Assembly (NCBI RefSeq): GCF_009914755.1
Contig: NC_060937.1
Reading direction: 5' to 3' (one strand)
Source: the human T2T-CHM13v2.0 reference genome, Homo sapiens
DNA length: 64,000 bases
Part shown: piece after piece, positions 16,950 through 31,499 of the stretch
Layout of the letters: every line of letters starts with the position of its first letter
Position numbering within the stretch: position 1 is the stretch's first letter
The notes under the pieces: model-generated
What the model saw: the letters and a program-made list of their open reading frames with translations, nothing else
The model's database searches: none
What the model was told of the DNA's origin: nothing
Translations under genes and position numbers: made by a program

Positions 16950-18830
16950 ACATGAAATATATATTTTATTCTGTACATAAAATATCAAAGTACACCAAAT
17001 ATATATTCTATAGTGTACATAAAATATCAAAGTACCCAAACTATACCTTATATACTGTACATAAAATATGAAATTACATCAAATATATATTATATTAGGT
17101 ACATAAAATATGAAAGTACATCAAATATAGATTATATACTGTACATAAAATACCAAAGTACCCCAAATATATATTTTATACTGTACATGAAATATCAAAG
17201 TTCACAAACTATATATTATATACTGTACATAAAATATCAAAGTACCCAAGGTATATATTGTATACTGTACAAAAAATATCAAAGTACCCAAACATGTATT
17301 ATATACTGTACATGAAATATGAAAGTACATCAAATATATATTTTATTCTGTACATAAAATATCAAAGTACACCAAATATATATTCTATAGTGTACATAAA
17401 ATATCAAAGTACCCAAACTATACCTTATATACTGTACATAAAATATGAAATTACATCAAATATATATTATATTAGGTACAGAAAATATGAAAGTACATCA
17501 AATATAGATTATATACTGTATATAAAATATCAAAGTACCCAAGGTATATATTCTATACTGTACATGAAATATCAAAGTTCACAAACTATATATTATATAC
17601 TGTACATAAAATATCAAAGTACCCAAGGTATATATTCTATACTGTACAAAAAATATCAAAGTACCCAAACATGTATTATATACTGTACATGAAATATGAA
17701 AGTACATCAAATATATATTTTATTCTGTACATAAAATATCAAAGTACACCAAATATATATTATATAGTGTACATAAAATATCAAAGTACCCAAACTATAC
17801 CTTATATACTGTACATAAAATATGAAATTACATCAAATATATATTATATTAGGTACATAAAATATGAAAGTACATCAAATATAGATTATATACTGTACAT
17901 AAAATACCAAAGTACCCCAAATATATATTTTATACTGTACATGAAATATCAAAGTTCACAAACTATATATTATATACTGTACATAAAATATCAAAGTACC
18001 CAAGGTATATATTCTATACAGTACAAAAAATATCAAAGTACCCAAACATGTATTATATACTGTACATGAAATATGAAAGTACATCAAATATATATTTTAT
18101 TCTGTACATAAAATATCAAAGTACACCAAATATATATTCTATAGTGTACATAAAATATCAAAGTACCCAAACTATACATTATATACTGTACATAAAATAT
18201 GAAATTACATCAAATATATATTATATTAGGTACATAAAATATGAAAGTACATCAAATATAGATTATATACTGTACATAAAATACCAAAGTACCCCAAATA
18301 TATATTTTATACTGTACATGAAATATCAAAGTTCACAAACTATATATTATATACTGTACATAACATATAAAAGTACCCAAGGTATATATTCTATACTGTA
18401 CAAAAAATATCAAAGTACCCAAACATGTATTATATACTGTACATGAAATATGAAAGTACATCAAATATATATTTTATTCTGTATATAAAATATCAAAGTA
18501 CACCAAATATATATTCTATAGTGTACATAAAATATCAAAGTACACAAACTATACCTTATATACTCTACATAAAATATGAAATTACATCAAATATATATTA
18601 TATTAGGTACATAAAATATGAAAGTACATCAAATATAGATTATATACTGTACATAAAATACCAAAGTACCCCAAATATATATTTTATACTGTACATGAAA
18701 TATCAAAGTTCACAAACTATATATTATATACTGTACATAAAATATCAAAGTACCCAAGGTATATATTCTATACTGTACAAAAAATATCAAAGTACCCAAA
18801 CATGTATTATATACTGTACATAAAATATGA
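16950..18830 (+). repeat. Five tandem 377-bp units (9-mer with 1-bp deletion in monomer 7)
   Basis: CCCAAACATG replaces CCCAAAGCATG in each unit. ORF ends 17315, 17692, 18069, 18446 and 18823 are exactly 377 apart. The TATACCTTAT variant is in four of the five units. Confidence 0.92.
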
Positions 18831-21800
18831 AAGTACATCAAATATATATTTCATTCTGTACATAAAATATCAAAGTACACCAAATATATATTCTATAGTG
18901 TACATAAAATATCAAAGTACCCAAACTATACATTATATACTGTACCTAAAATATGAAATTACATCAAATATGTATTATATTAGGTAAATAAAATATGAAA
19001 GTACAACAAATATAGATTATGTAATGTACATAAAATACCAAATAACCCCAAATATATATTTTACACTGTACATGCAATATCAAAGCTCACAAACTATATA
19101 TTATATACTGTACATAAAATATCAAAGTACAGAAGGTATATATTCTATACTGTACAAAAAATATCAAAGTACCCAAAGCATGTATTAAATACTGTACATA
19201 AAATATGAAAGTACATCAAATATATATTTTATTCTGTACATAAAATATCAAAGTACACCAAATATATATTCTATAGTGTACATAAAATATCAAAGTACCC
19301 AAACTCTACATTATATACTGTACATAAAATATGAAATTACATCAAATCTATATAACATTAGGTACATAAAATATGAAAGTACATCAAATATAAATTATAT
19401 ACTGTACATAAAATACCAAAGTACCCCAAATATATATTATATACTGTACATGAAATATCAAAGTTCACAAACTATATATTATATACTGTACATAAAATAT
19501 CAAAGTACCCAAGGTATATATTCTATACTGTACAAAAAATATCAAAGTACCCAAAGCATGTATTATATACTGTATATAAAATATGAAAGTACATCAAATA
19601 TATATTTAATTGTGTACATAAAATATCAAAGTACACCAAATATGTATTCTATAGTGTACATAAAATATCAAAGTACCCAAACTATACATTATATACTGTA
19701 CATAAAATATGAAATTACATCAAATATATATTATATTAGGTACATAAAATATGAAAGTACATCAAATATAGATTATATACTGTACATAAAATACCAAAGA
19801 ACCCCAAATATATATTATATACTGTACATGAAATATCAAAGTTCACAAACTATATATTATATACTGTACATAAAATATCAAAGTACCCAAGGTATACATT
19901 ATATACTGTACACAAAATATGAAATTACATCAAATATATGTTATATTAGGTACATAAATTATGAAAGTACATCAAATATAAATTATATACTGTACATAAA
20001 ATATCAAATTACCTCAAATATATATTATATACTGTACATGAAATATCAAAGTTCACAAACTATATATTATATACTGTACATAAAATATCAAAGTACCCAA
20101 GGTATATATTCTATACTGTACAAAAAATATCAAAGTACCCAAACATGTATTATATACTGTTCATAAAATATGAAAGTACATCAAATATATATTTAATTCT
20201 TTACATAAAATATCAAAGTACACCAAATATATATTCTATAGTGTACATAAAATATCAAAGTACCCAAACTATACATTACATACTGTACATGAAATATGAA
20301 ATTACATCAAATATATATTATATTAGTTACATAAAATATGAAAGTACATCAAATATAGATTATACACTGTACATAAAATACCAAAGAACCCCAAATATAT
20401 ATTATATACTGTACATGAAATATCAAAGTTCACAAACTATATATTATATACTGTATATAAAATATCAAAGTACCCAAGGTATATATTCTGTACTGTACAA
20501 AAAATATCAAAGTACCCAAAGCATGTATTATATACTGTACATAAAATATGAAAGTACATCAAATATATATTTAATTCTGTACATAAAATATCAAAGTACA
20601 CCAAATATATATTCTATACTGTACATAAAATATCAAAGTACCCAAACTATACATTATATACTGTACATAAAATATGAAATTACATCAAATATATATTATA
20701 TTAGGTACAGAAAATATGAAAGTACATCAAATATAGATTATATAATGTACATAAATCACCAAAGTACCCCAAATATATATTTTATACTGTACATGAAATA
20801 TCAAACTTCAGAAACTATATATTATATACTGTACATAAAATATCAAAGTACTGAAAGTATATATTCTATACTGTACAAAAAATATCAAAGTACCCAAAGC
20901 ATGTATTATATACTGTACATGAAATATGAAAGTACATCAAATATATATTTTATTCTGTACATAAAATATCAAAGTACACCAAATATATATTCTTTACTGT
21001 ACATAAAATATCAAAGTACCCAAACTATACATTATATACTTTACATAAAATATGAAATTACATCAAATATATATTATATTAGGTACATAAAATATGAAAG
21101 TACATCAAATATAGATTATATACTGTACATAAAATACCAAAGTACCCCAAATATATATTTTATACTGTACATGAAATATCAAAGTTCACAAACTATATAT
21201 TATATACTGTACATAAAATATCAAAGTACTCAAGGTATATATTCTATACTGTACAAAAAATATCAAAGTACCCAAAGCATGTATTATATACTGTACATAA
21301 AATATGAAAGTACATGAAATATATATTTTATTGTGTACAAAAAATATCAAAGTACACCAAATATATATTCTATACTGTACATAAAATATCAAAGTACCCA
21401 AACTATACATTATATACTGTACATAAAATATGAAATTACATCAAATATATATTAGTTACATAAAAAATGAAAGTAGATCAAATATAGATTATATCCTGTA
21501 CATAAAATACCAAAGTACCCCAAATAAATATTTTATACTGTACATGAAATATCAAAGTTCACAAACTATATATTATATACTGCACATAAAATATCAAATC
21601 ACCCAAGGTATATATTCTATACTGTACAAAAAATATCAAAGTACCCAAACATGTATTATATACTGTACATGAAATATGAAATTACATCAAATATATATTT
21701 TATTCTGTACATAAAATATCAAAGTACACCAGATATATATTCTATAGTGTACATAAAATATCAACGTACCCAAACTATACATTATATACTGTACATAAAA

Positions 21801-24056
21801 TATGAAATTACATCAAATATATATTATATTAGGTACATAAAATATGAAAGTATATCAAATATAGATTATATACTGTACATAAAATATCAAAGTACCCCAA
21901 ATATATATTATATACTCTACATGAAATATCAAAGTTCACAAACTATATATTATATACTGTACATAAAATATCAAAGTACCCAAGGTATATATTCTATACT
22001 GTACAAAAAATATCAAAGTATCCAAAGCATGTATTATATACTGTATATAAAATATGAAAGTACATTAAATATATATTTTATTCTGTACATAAAATATCAA
22101 AGTACACCAGATATATATTCTATAGTGTACATAAAATAACAAAGTACGCAAACTATAAATTATATACTGTACATAAAATATGAAATTACATCAAATATAT
22201 ATTAGGTACATAAAATATGAAAATACATCCAATATAGATTATATACTGTACATAAAATACCAAAGTACCCCAAATATATATTTTATACTGTACATGAAAT
22301 ATCAAATTCACAAGCTATATATTATATACTGTACATAAAATATCAAAGTACCCTAGGTATATATTCTATACTGTACAAAAAATATCAAAGTACCCAAAGC
22401 ATGTATTATATACTGTACATAAAATATGAAAGTACATCAAATATATATTTTATTTTGTACATAAAATATTAAAGTACACCAAATATATATTCTATAGTGT
22501 ACATAAAATATCAAAGTACCCAAACTATACATTATATACTGTACATAAAATATGAAATTACATCAAATATATATTATATTAGGTACATAAAATATGAAAG
22601 TACATCAAATATAGATTATATACTGTACATAAAATACCAAAGTACCCCAAATATATATATTATATTGTACATGAAATATCAAAGTTCACAAACTATATAT
22701 TATATACTGTACATAAAATATCAAAGTACCCAAGGTATATATTCTATACTGTACAAAAAATATCAAAGTACCCAAAGCATGTATTATATACTGTACATAA
22801 AACATGAAAGTACATGAAATATATATTTTATTGTGTACAAAAAATATCAAAGTACACCAAATATATATTCTATACTGTACATAAAATATCAAAGTACCCA
22901 AACTATACATTATATACTGTACATAAAATATGAAATTACATCAAATATATATTATATTAGGTACAGAAAATATGAAAGTACATCAAATATAGATTATATA
23001 CTCTACATAAAATATCAAAGTACCCCAAATATATATAATATACTGTACATGAAATATCAAAGTTCACAAACTATATATTATATACTGTACATAAAATATG
23101 AATGTACCCAAGGTATATATTCTATACTATACAAAAAGTATCAAAGTACCCAAAACATGTATTATATACTGTACATAAAATATGAAAGTGCATCAAATAT
23201 ATATTTTATTCTGTACATAAAATATCAAAGTACACCAAATATATATTCTATACTGTACAAAAAATATCAAAGTACCCAAAACATGTATTACATACTGTTC
23301 ATAAAATATGAAAGTACATCAAATATATATTTTATTCTGTACATAAAATATCAAAGTACACCAAATATATATTCTATAGTGTACATAAAATATCAAAGTA
23401 CCCAAACTATACATTATATACTGTACATAAAATATGAAATTACATCAAATATATATTATATTAGGTACATAAAATATGAAAGTACATCAAATATAGATTA
23501 TACACTGTACATAAAATACCAAAGAATCCCAAATATATATTATATACTGTACATGAAATATCAAAGTTCACAAACTATATATTATATACTGTACATAAAA
23601 TATCAAAGTACCCAAGGTATATATTCTATACTCTACAAAAAATATCAAAGTACCCAAAGCATGTATTATATACTGTTCAAAAAATATGAAAGTACATCAA
23701 ATATATATGTTATTCTGTACATAAAATATCAAAGTACACAAAATATATATTCTATAGTGTACATAAAATATCAAATTACCCAAACTATACATTATATACT
23801 GTACATAAAGTATGAAATTACATCAAATATATATTATATTAGGTACATAAAATATGAAAGTACATCAAATATAAATTATATACTGTACATAAAATATCAA
23901 AGTACCCCCAATATATATTATATACTGTACATGAAATATCAAAGTTCAAAAACTATATATTATATACTGTACATAAAATATCAAAGTACACAAGGTATAT
24001 ATTCTATACTGTACAAAAAATATCAAAGTATCCAAAACATGTATTATATACTGTTC

Positions 24057-27000
24057 ATAAAATATCAAAGTACATCAAATATATATTTTATTCTGTACAT
24101 AAAATATCAAAGTACACCAAATATATATTCTATAGTGTACATAAAATATCAAAGTACCCAAACTATACATTATATACTGTACATAAAGTATGAAATTAAA
24201 TCAAATATATATTATATTAGGTACATAAAATATGAAAGTACATCAAGTATAGATTATATACTGTACATAAAATATCAAAGTACCCCAAATATATATTATA
24301 TACTGTACATGAAATATCAAAGTTCACAAACTATATATTATATACTGTAAATAAAATATCAAAGTACCCAAGGTATATATTCTATACTGTACAAAAAATA
24401 TCAAAGTACCCAAAGCATGTATTATATACTGTACATAAAATATGAAAGTACATCAAATATATATTTAATTCTGTACATAAAATATCAAAGTACACCAAAT
24501 ATATATTCTATAGTGTACATAAAATATCAAAGTACCCAAACTATACATTATATACTGTACATAAAATATGAAATTACATCAAATATATATTATATTAGGC
24601 ACATAAAATATGAAAGAATATCAATTATAGATTATATACTGTACATGAAATACCAAAGTACCCCAAATATATATTTTATACTGTACATGCAATATCAAAG
24701 TTCACAAACTACATATTATATACTGTACATAAATATCAATGTGCCCAAGGTATATATTCTATGCTGTACAAAAAATATCAAAGTACCCAAAGCATGTATT
24801 ATATACTGTACATAAAATATGAAAGTACATCAAATAAATATTTTATTCTGTACATAAAATATCAAAGTACACCAAATACATATTCTATAGTGTACATAAA
24901 ATATCAAAGTACCCAAACTATACATTATGTACTGTACATAAAATATGAAATTACATCAAATATATACTATATTATGTACATAAAATATGAAAGTACATCA
25001 AATATAGATTATATACTGTACATAAAATACCAAAGTTCCCCAAACAAATATTTTATACTGTACATGCAATATCAAAGTTCACAAACTATATATTATATAC
25101 TGTACATAAAATATCAAAGTACCCAAGGTATATATTCTATACTCTACAAAAAATATCAAAGTACCCAAAGCATGTATTATATACGGTACATAAAATATGA
25201 AAGTACATCAAATATATATTTAATTCTGTACATAAAATATCAAAGTACACCAAATATATATTCTATACTGTACATAAAATATCAAAATTCACAAACTATA
25301 CATTATATACTGTACATAAAATATGAAATTACATCAAATATATATTATATTAGGTACATAAAATATGAAAGTACATCAAATATAGATTATATACTGTACA
25401 TAAAATACCAAAGAACCCCAAATATATATTATATACTGTACATGAAATATCAAAGTTCACAAACTATATATTATATACTGTACATAAAATATCAAAGTAC
25501 CCAAGGTATATATTCTACACTGTACAAAAAATGTCAAAGTACCCAAAGCATGTATTATATACTGTTCATAAAATATGAAAGTACATCAAATATATATTTT
25601 ATTCTGTACATAAAATATCAAAGTACACCAAATATACATTCTATAGTGTACATAAAATATCAAATTACCCAAACTATACATTATATACTGTACATAAAAT
25701 ATGAAATTACATCAAATATATATTATATTAGGTACATAAAATATGAAAGTACATCAAATATATATTATATACTGTACATAAAGTACCAAATTAACCCAAA
25801 TACATATTATATACTGTACATGAAATATCAAAGTTCACAAACTATATATTATATACTGTACATAAAATATCAAAGTACCCAAGGTATCTATTCTATACTG
25901 TACAAAAAATATCAAAGTACCCAAAGCATGTATTATATACTGTACATAAAATATGAAAGTACATCAAATATATATTTTATTCTGTACATAAAATATCAAA
26001 GTACACCAAATATATATTCTATAGTGTACATAAAATATCAAAGTACCCAAACTATACATTATATACTGTACATAAAATATGAAATTACATCAAATATATA
26101 TTACATTAGCTACATAAAATATGAAAGTACATCAAATATAGATTATATACTGTACATAAAATATCAAAGTACCCCAAATATATATTATATACTGTACATG
26201 AAATATCAAAGTTCACAAACTATATATCGTATACTGTACATAAAATATCAAAGTACCCAAGGTATATATTCTATACTGTACAAAAAATATCAAAGTACCC
26301 AAAGCATGTATTATATACTGTACATAAAATATGAAAGTACATCAAATATATAATTTACTCTGTACATAAAATATCAAAGTACACCAAATATATATTCTAT
26401 AGTGTACATAAAATATCAAAGTACCCAAACTATACATTATATACTGTACATAAAATATGAAATTACGTCAAATATATATTATATTATGTACATAAAATAT
26501 GAAAGTACATCAAATATAGATTATATACTGTACATAAAATACCAAAGTACACCAAATATATATTTTATACTGTACATGAAATATCAAAGTTCACAAACTA
26601 TATATTATATACTGTACATAAAATATCAAAGTACCCAAGGTATATATTCTATACTCTACAAAAAATATCAAAGTACCCAAAGCATGTATTATATACGGTA
26701 CATAAAATATGAAAGTACATCAAATATATATTTAATTCTGTACATAAAATATCAAAGTACACCAAATATATATTCTATAGTGTACATAAAATATCAAAGT
26801 ATCCAAAGTATACATTATATACTGTACATAAAATATGAAATTACATCAAATATATATTATATTATGTACATAAAACTTGAAAGTACATCAAATATATATT
26901 ATATACTGTACATAAAATACCAAAGTACCCCAAATACATATTTTATACCGTACATGCAATATCAAAGTTCACAAACTATATATTATATACTGTACATAAA

Positions 27001-29768
27001 ATATCAAAGTACCCAAGGTATATATTCTATACTGTACAAAAAATATCAAAGTATCCAAAGCATGTATTATATACTGTACATAAAATATGAAAGTACATCA
27101 AATATATATTTTATTCTGTACATAAAATATCAAAGTACACCAAATATATATTCTATAGTGTACATAAAATATCAAACTACCCAAACTATACATTATATAC
27201 TGTACATAAAACATGAAATTACATCCAATATATATTATATTAGGTACATAAAATATGAAAGTACATCAAATATAAATTATATACTGTACATAAAATACCA
27301 AAGTACCCCGAATATATATTATATACTGTACATGAAATATCAAAGTTCACAAACTATATATTATATACTGTACATAAAATATCAAAGTACCCAAGGTATA
27401 TATTCTATACTGTACAAATAATATCAAAGTACCCAAAGCATGTATTATATACTGTACATGAAATATGAAAGTACATCAAATATATATTTTTTTCTGTACA
27501 TAAAATATCAAAGTACACTAAATATATATTCTATAGTGTACATAAAATATCAAAGTACCCAAACTATACATTATATACTGTACATAAAATATGAAATTAC
27601 ATCATATATATATTATATTAGGTACATAAAATATGAAAGTACATCAAATATAGATTATATACTGTACATAAAATACCAAAGTACCCCAAATACATATTAT
27701 ATACTGTATATGAAATATCAAAGTTCACAAACTATATATTATATACTGTACATAAAATATCAAAGTACCCAAGGTATATATTCTATACTGTACAAAAAAT
27801 ATCAAAGTACCCAAAGCAAGTATTATATACTGTACATAAAATATGAAAGTACATCAAATATATATTTTATTCTGTACATAAAATATCAAAGTACACCAAA
27901 TATATATTCTATAGTGTACATAAAATATCAAAGTAGCCAAACTATACATTTTAAACTGTACATAAAATATGAAATTACATCAAATATACACTATATTATG
28001 TACATAAAATATGAAAGTACATCAAATATAGATTATATACTGTACATAAAATACCAAAGTACCCCAAATATATATTATATACTGTACATGAAATATCAAA
28101 GTTCACAAACTATATATTATATACTGTACATAAAATACCAAACTACCCAAGGTATATATTCTATACTGTACAAAAAATATCAAAGTACCCAAAGCATGTA
28201 TTAAATAGTGTATATAAAATATGAAAGTACATCAAATATATATTTAATTCTGTACATAATATATCAAAGTAAACCAAATATATATTCTATAGTGTACATA
28301 AAATATCAAAGTACCCAAACTATACATTATATACTGTACAGAAAATATGAAATTACATCAAATATATATTATATTATGTACATTAAATATGAAAGTACAT
28401 CAAATATAGATTATATACTGTACATAAAATACCAAAGAACCCCAAATATATATTATATACTCTACATGAAATATCAAAGTTCACAAACTATATATTATAT
28501 ACTGTACATAAAATATCAAAGTACCCAAGGTATATATTCTATACTGTACAAAAAATATCAAAGTACCCAAAGCATGTATTATATACTGTACATAAAATAT
28601 GAAAGTACATCAAATATATATTTTGTTCTGTACATAAAATATCAAAGTACACCAAATATATATTCTATAGTGTACATTAAATATCAAAGTACCCAAAATA
28701 TACATTATATACTGTACATAAAATATGAAATTACATCAAATATATATTATATTAGGTACATAAAATATGAAAGTACATGAAATACATATTATATACTGTA
28801 CATAAAATACCAAAGTACTCCAAATACATATTATATACTGTACATGAAATATCAAAGTTCACAAACTATATATTATATACTGTACATAAAAAATCAAAGT
28901 ACCAAAGGTATATATTCTATACTGTACAACAAATATCAAAGTACCCAAAGCATGTATTATATACTGTACATAAAATATGAAAGTACATCAAATATATATT
29001 TTATGCTGTACATAAAATATCAAAGTACACCAAATATATATTCTATAGTGTACATAAAATAGCAAAGTACCCAAACTATACATTATATACTGTACATAAA
29101 ACATGAAATTACATCAAATATATATTATATTAGGTACATAAAATATGAAAGTACATCAAATGTAAATTATATACTGTACATAAAATACCAAAGAACCCCA
29201 AATATATGTTATATACTGTACATGAAATATCAAAGTTCACAAACTATATATTATATACTGTACATAAAATATCAAAGTACCCAAGGTATATATTCTATAC
29301 TGTACAAAAAATATCAAAGTACCCAAAGCATGTATTATATAGTGTATATAAAATATGAAAGTACATCAAATATATATTTAATTCTGTACATAAAATATCA
29401 AAGTAAACCAAATATATATTCTATAGTGTACATAAAATATCAAAGTACCCAAACTATACATTATATACTGTACATAAAATATGAAATTACATCAAATATA
29501 TATTATATTATGTACATAAAATATGAAAGTACATCAAATATAGATTATATACTGTACATAAAATACCAAAGAACCCCCAATATATATTATATACTCTACA
29601 TGAAATATCAAAGTTCACAAACTATATATTATATACTGTAAATAAAATATCAAAGTACCCAAGGTATATATTCTATACTGTACAAAAAATATCAAAGTTC
29701 CCAAAGCATGTATTATATACTGTACATAAAATATGAAAGTACATCAAATATATATTTTATTCTGTACA
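24057..29768 (+). repeat. Copy 2 of the >=5.7-kb direct duplication
   Basis: Matches 1..5712. I noticed only two mismatches by eye: C143/A24199 and C3653/T27709. Confidence 0.93.
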
Positions 29769-31499
29769 TTAAATATCGAAGTACACCAAATATATATTCT
29801 ATAGTGTACATAAAATATCAAAGTACCCAAACCATACATTATATACTGTACATAAAATATGAAATTACATCAAATATATATTATATTAGGTACATAAAAT
29901 ATGAAAGTACATCAAATATAGATTATATAGTGTACATAAAATACCAAATTACCCCAAATATATATTATATACTGTACATGAAATATCAAATTTCACAAAC
30001 TATATATTATATACTGTACATAAAATATGAAAGTACCGAAGGTATATATTCTATACTCTACAAAAAATATCAAAGTACCCAAAGCATGTATTATATACGA
30101 TACATAAAATATGGAAGTACATCAAATATATATTTAATTCTGTACATAAAATATCAAAGTACACCAAATATATATTCTATAGTGTACATAAAATATCAAA
30201 GTACCCAAACTATACATTATATACTGTACATAAAATATGAAATTATGTCAAATATATATTATATTATGTACATAAAATATGAAAGTACATCAAATATAGA
30301 TTATATACTGTACATAAAATACCAAAGTACACCAAATATATATTTTATACTGTACATGAAATATCAAAGTTCACAAACTACATATTATATACTGTAGATA
30401 AAATATCAAAGTACCCAAGGTATATATTCTATACTGTACAAAAAATATCAAAGTACCCAAAGCATGTATTATATACTGTACATAAAATATGAAAGTACAT
30501 CAAATATAGATTTTATTCTGTACATAAAATATCAAAGTACACTAAATATATATTCTATAGTGTACATAAAATATCAAAGTACCCAAACTATACATTATAT
30601 ACTGTACATAAAATATGAAATTACATCAAATATATATTATATTAGGTACATAAAATATGAAAGTACATCAAATATAGATTATATACTGTACATAAAATAC
30701 CAAAGTTCCCCAAATACATATTATATACTGTACATGAAATATCAAAGTTCACAAACTATATATTATATACTGTACATAAAATATCAAAGTACCCAAGTTA
30801 TATATTCTATACTGTACAAAAAATATCAAAGTACCCAAAGCAAGTATTATATACTGTACATAAAATATGAAAGTACATCAAATATATATTTTATTCTGTA
30901 CATAAAATATCAAAGTACACCAAATATATATTATATAGTGTACATAAAATATCAAAGTACCCAAACTATACATTATATACTTTACATAAAATATGAAATT
31001 ACATCAAATATATATTATATTAGGTACATAAAATATGAAAGTACATCAAATATAAATTATATACTGTACATAAAATACCAAAGTACCCCAAATATATATT
31101 ATAAACTGTACATGCAATATCAAAGTTCACAAACTATATATCATATACTGTACATAAAATATCAAAGTACCGAAGTTATATATTCTATACTGTACAAAAA
31201 ATATCAAAGTACCCAAAGCATGTATTATATACTGTACATAAAATATGAAATTACATCAAATATATATTATATTATGCACATAAAATATGAAAGTACATCA
31301 AATATATATTATATACTGTACATAAAATACCAAAGTACCCCAAATACATATTATATACCGTACATGAAATATCAAAGTTCACAAACTATATATTATATAC
31401 TGTACATAAAATATCAAAGTACCGAAGGTATATATTCTATACTGTACAAAAAATATCAAAGTACCCAAAGCATGTATTATATAGTGTACATAAAATATG

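Noticed and set aside
1-29768. The 5.7-kb direct repeats as LTRs of a retroelement or a composite transposon
   Set aside because: Both the repeats and the interior are pure satellite. There are no TG...CA termini, primer-binding site, terminal inverted repeats or coding remnants.
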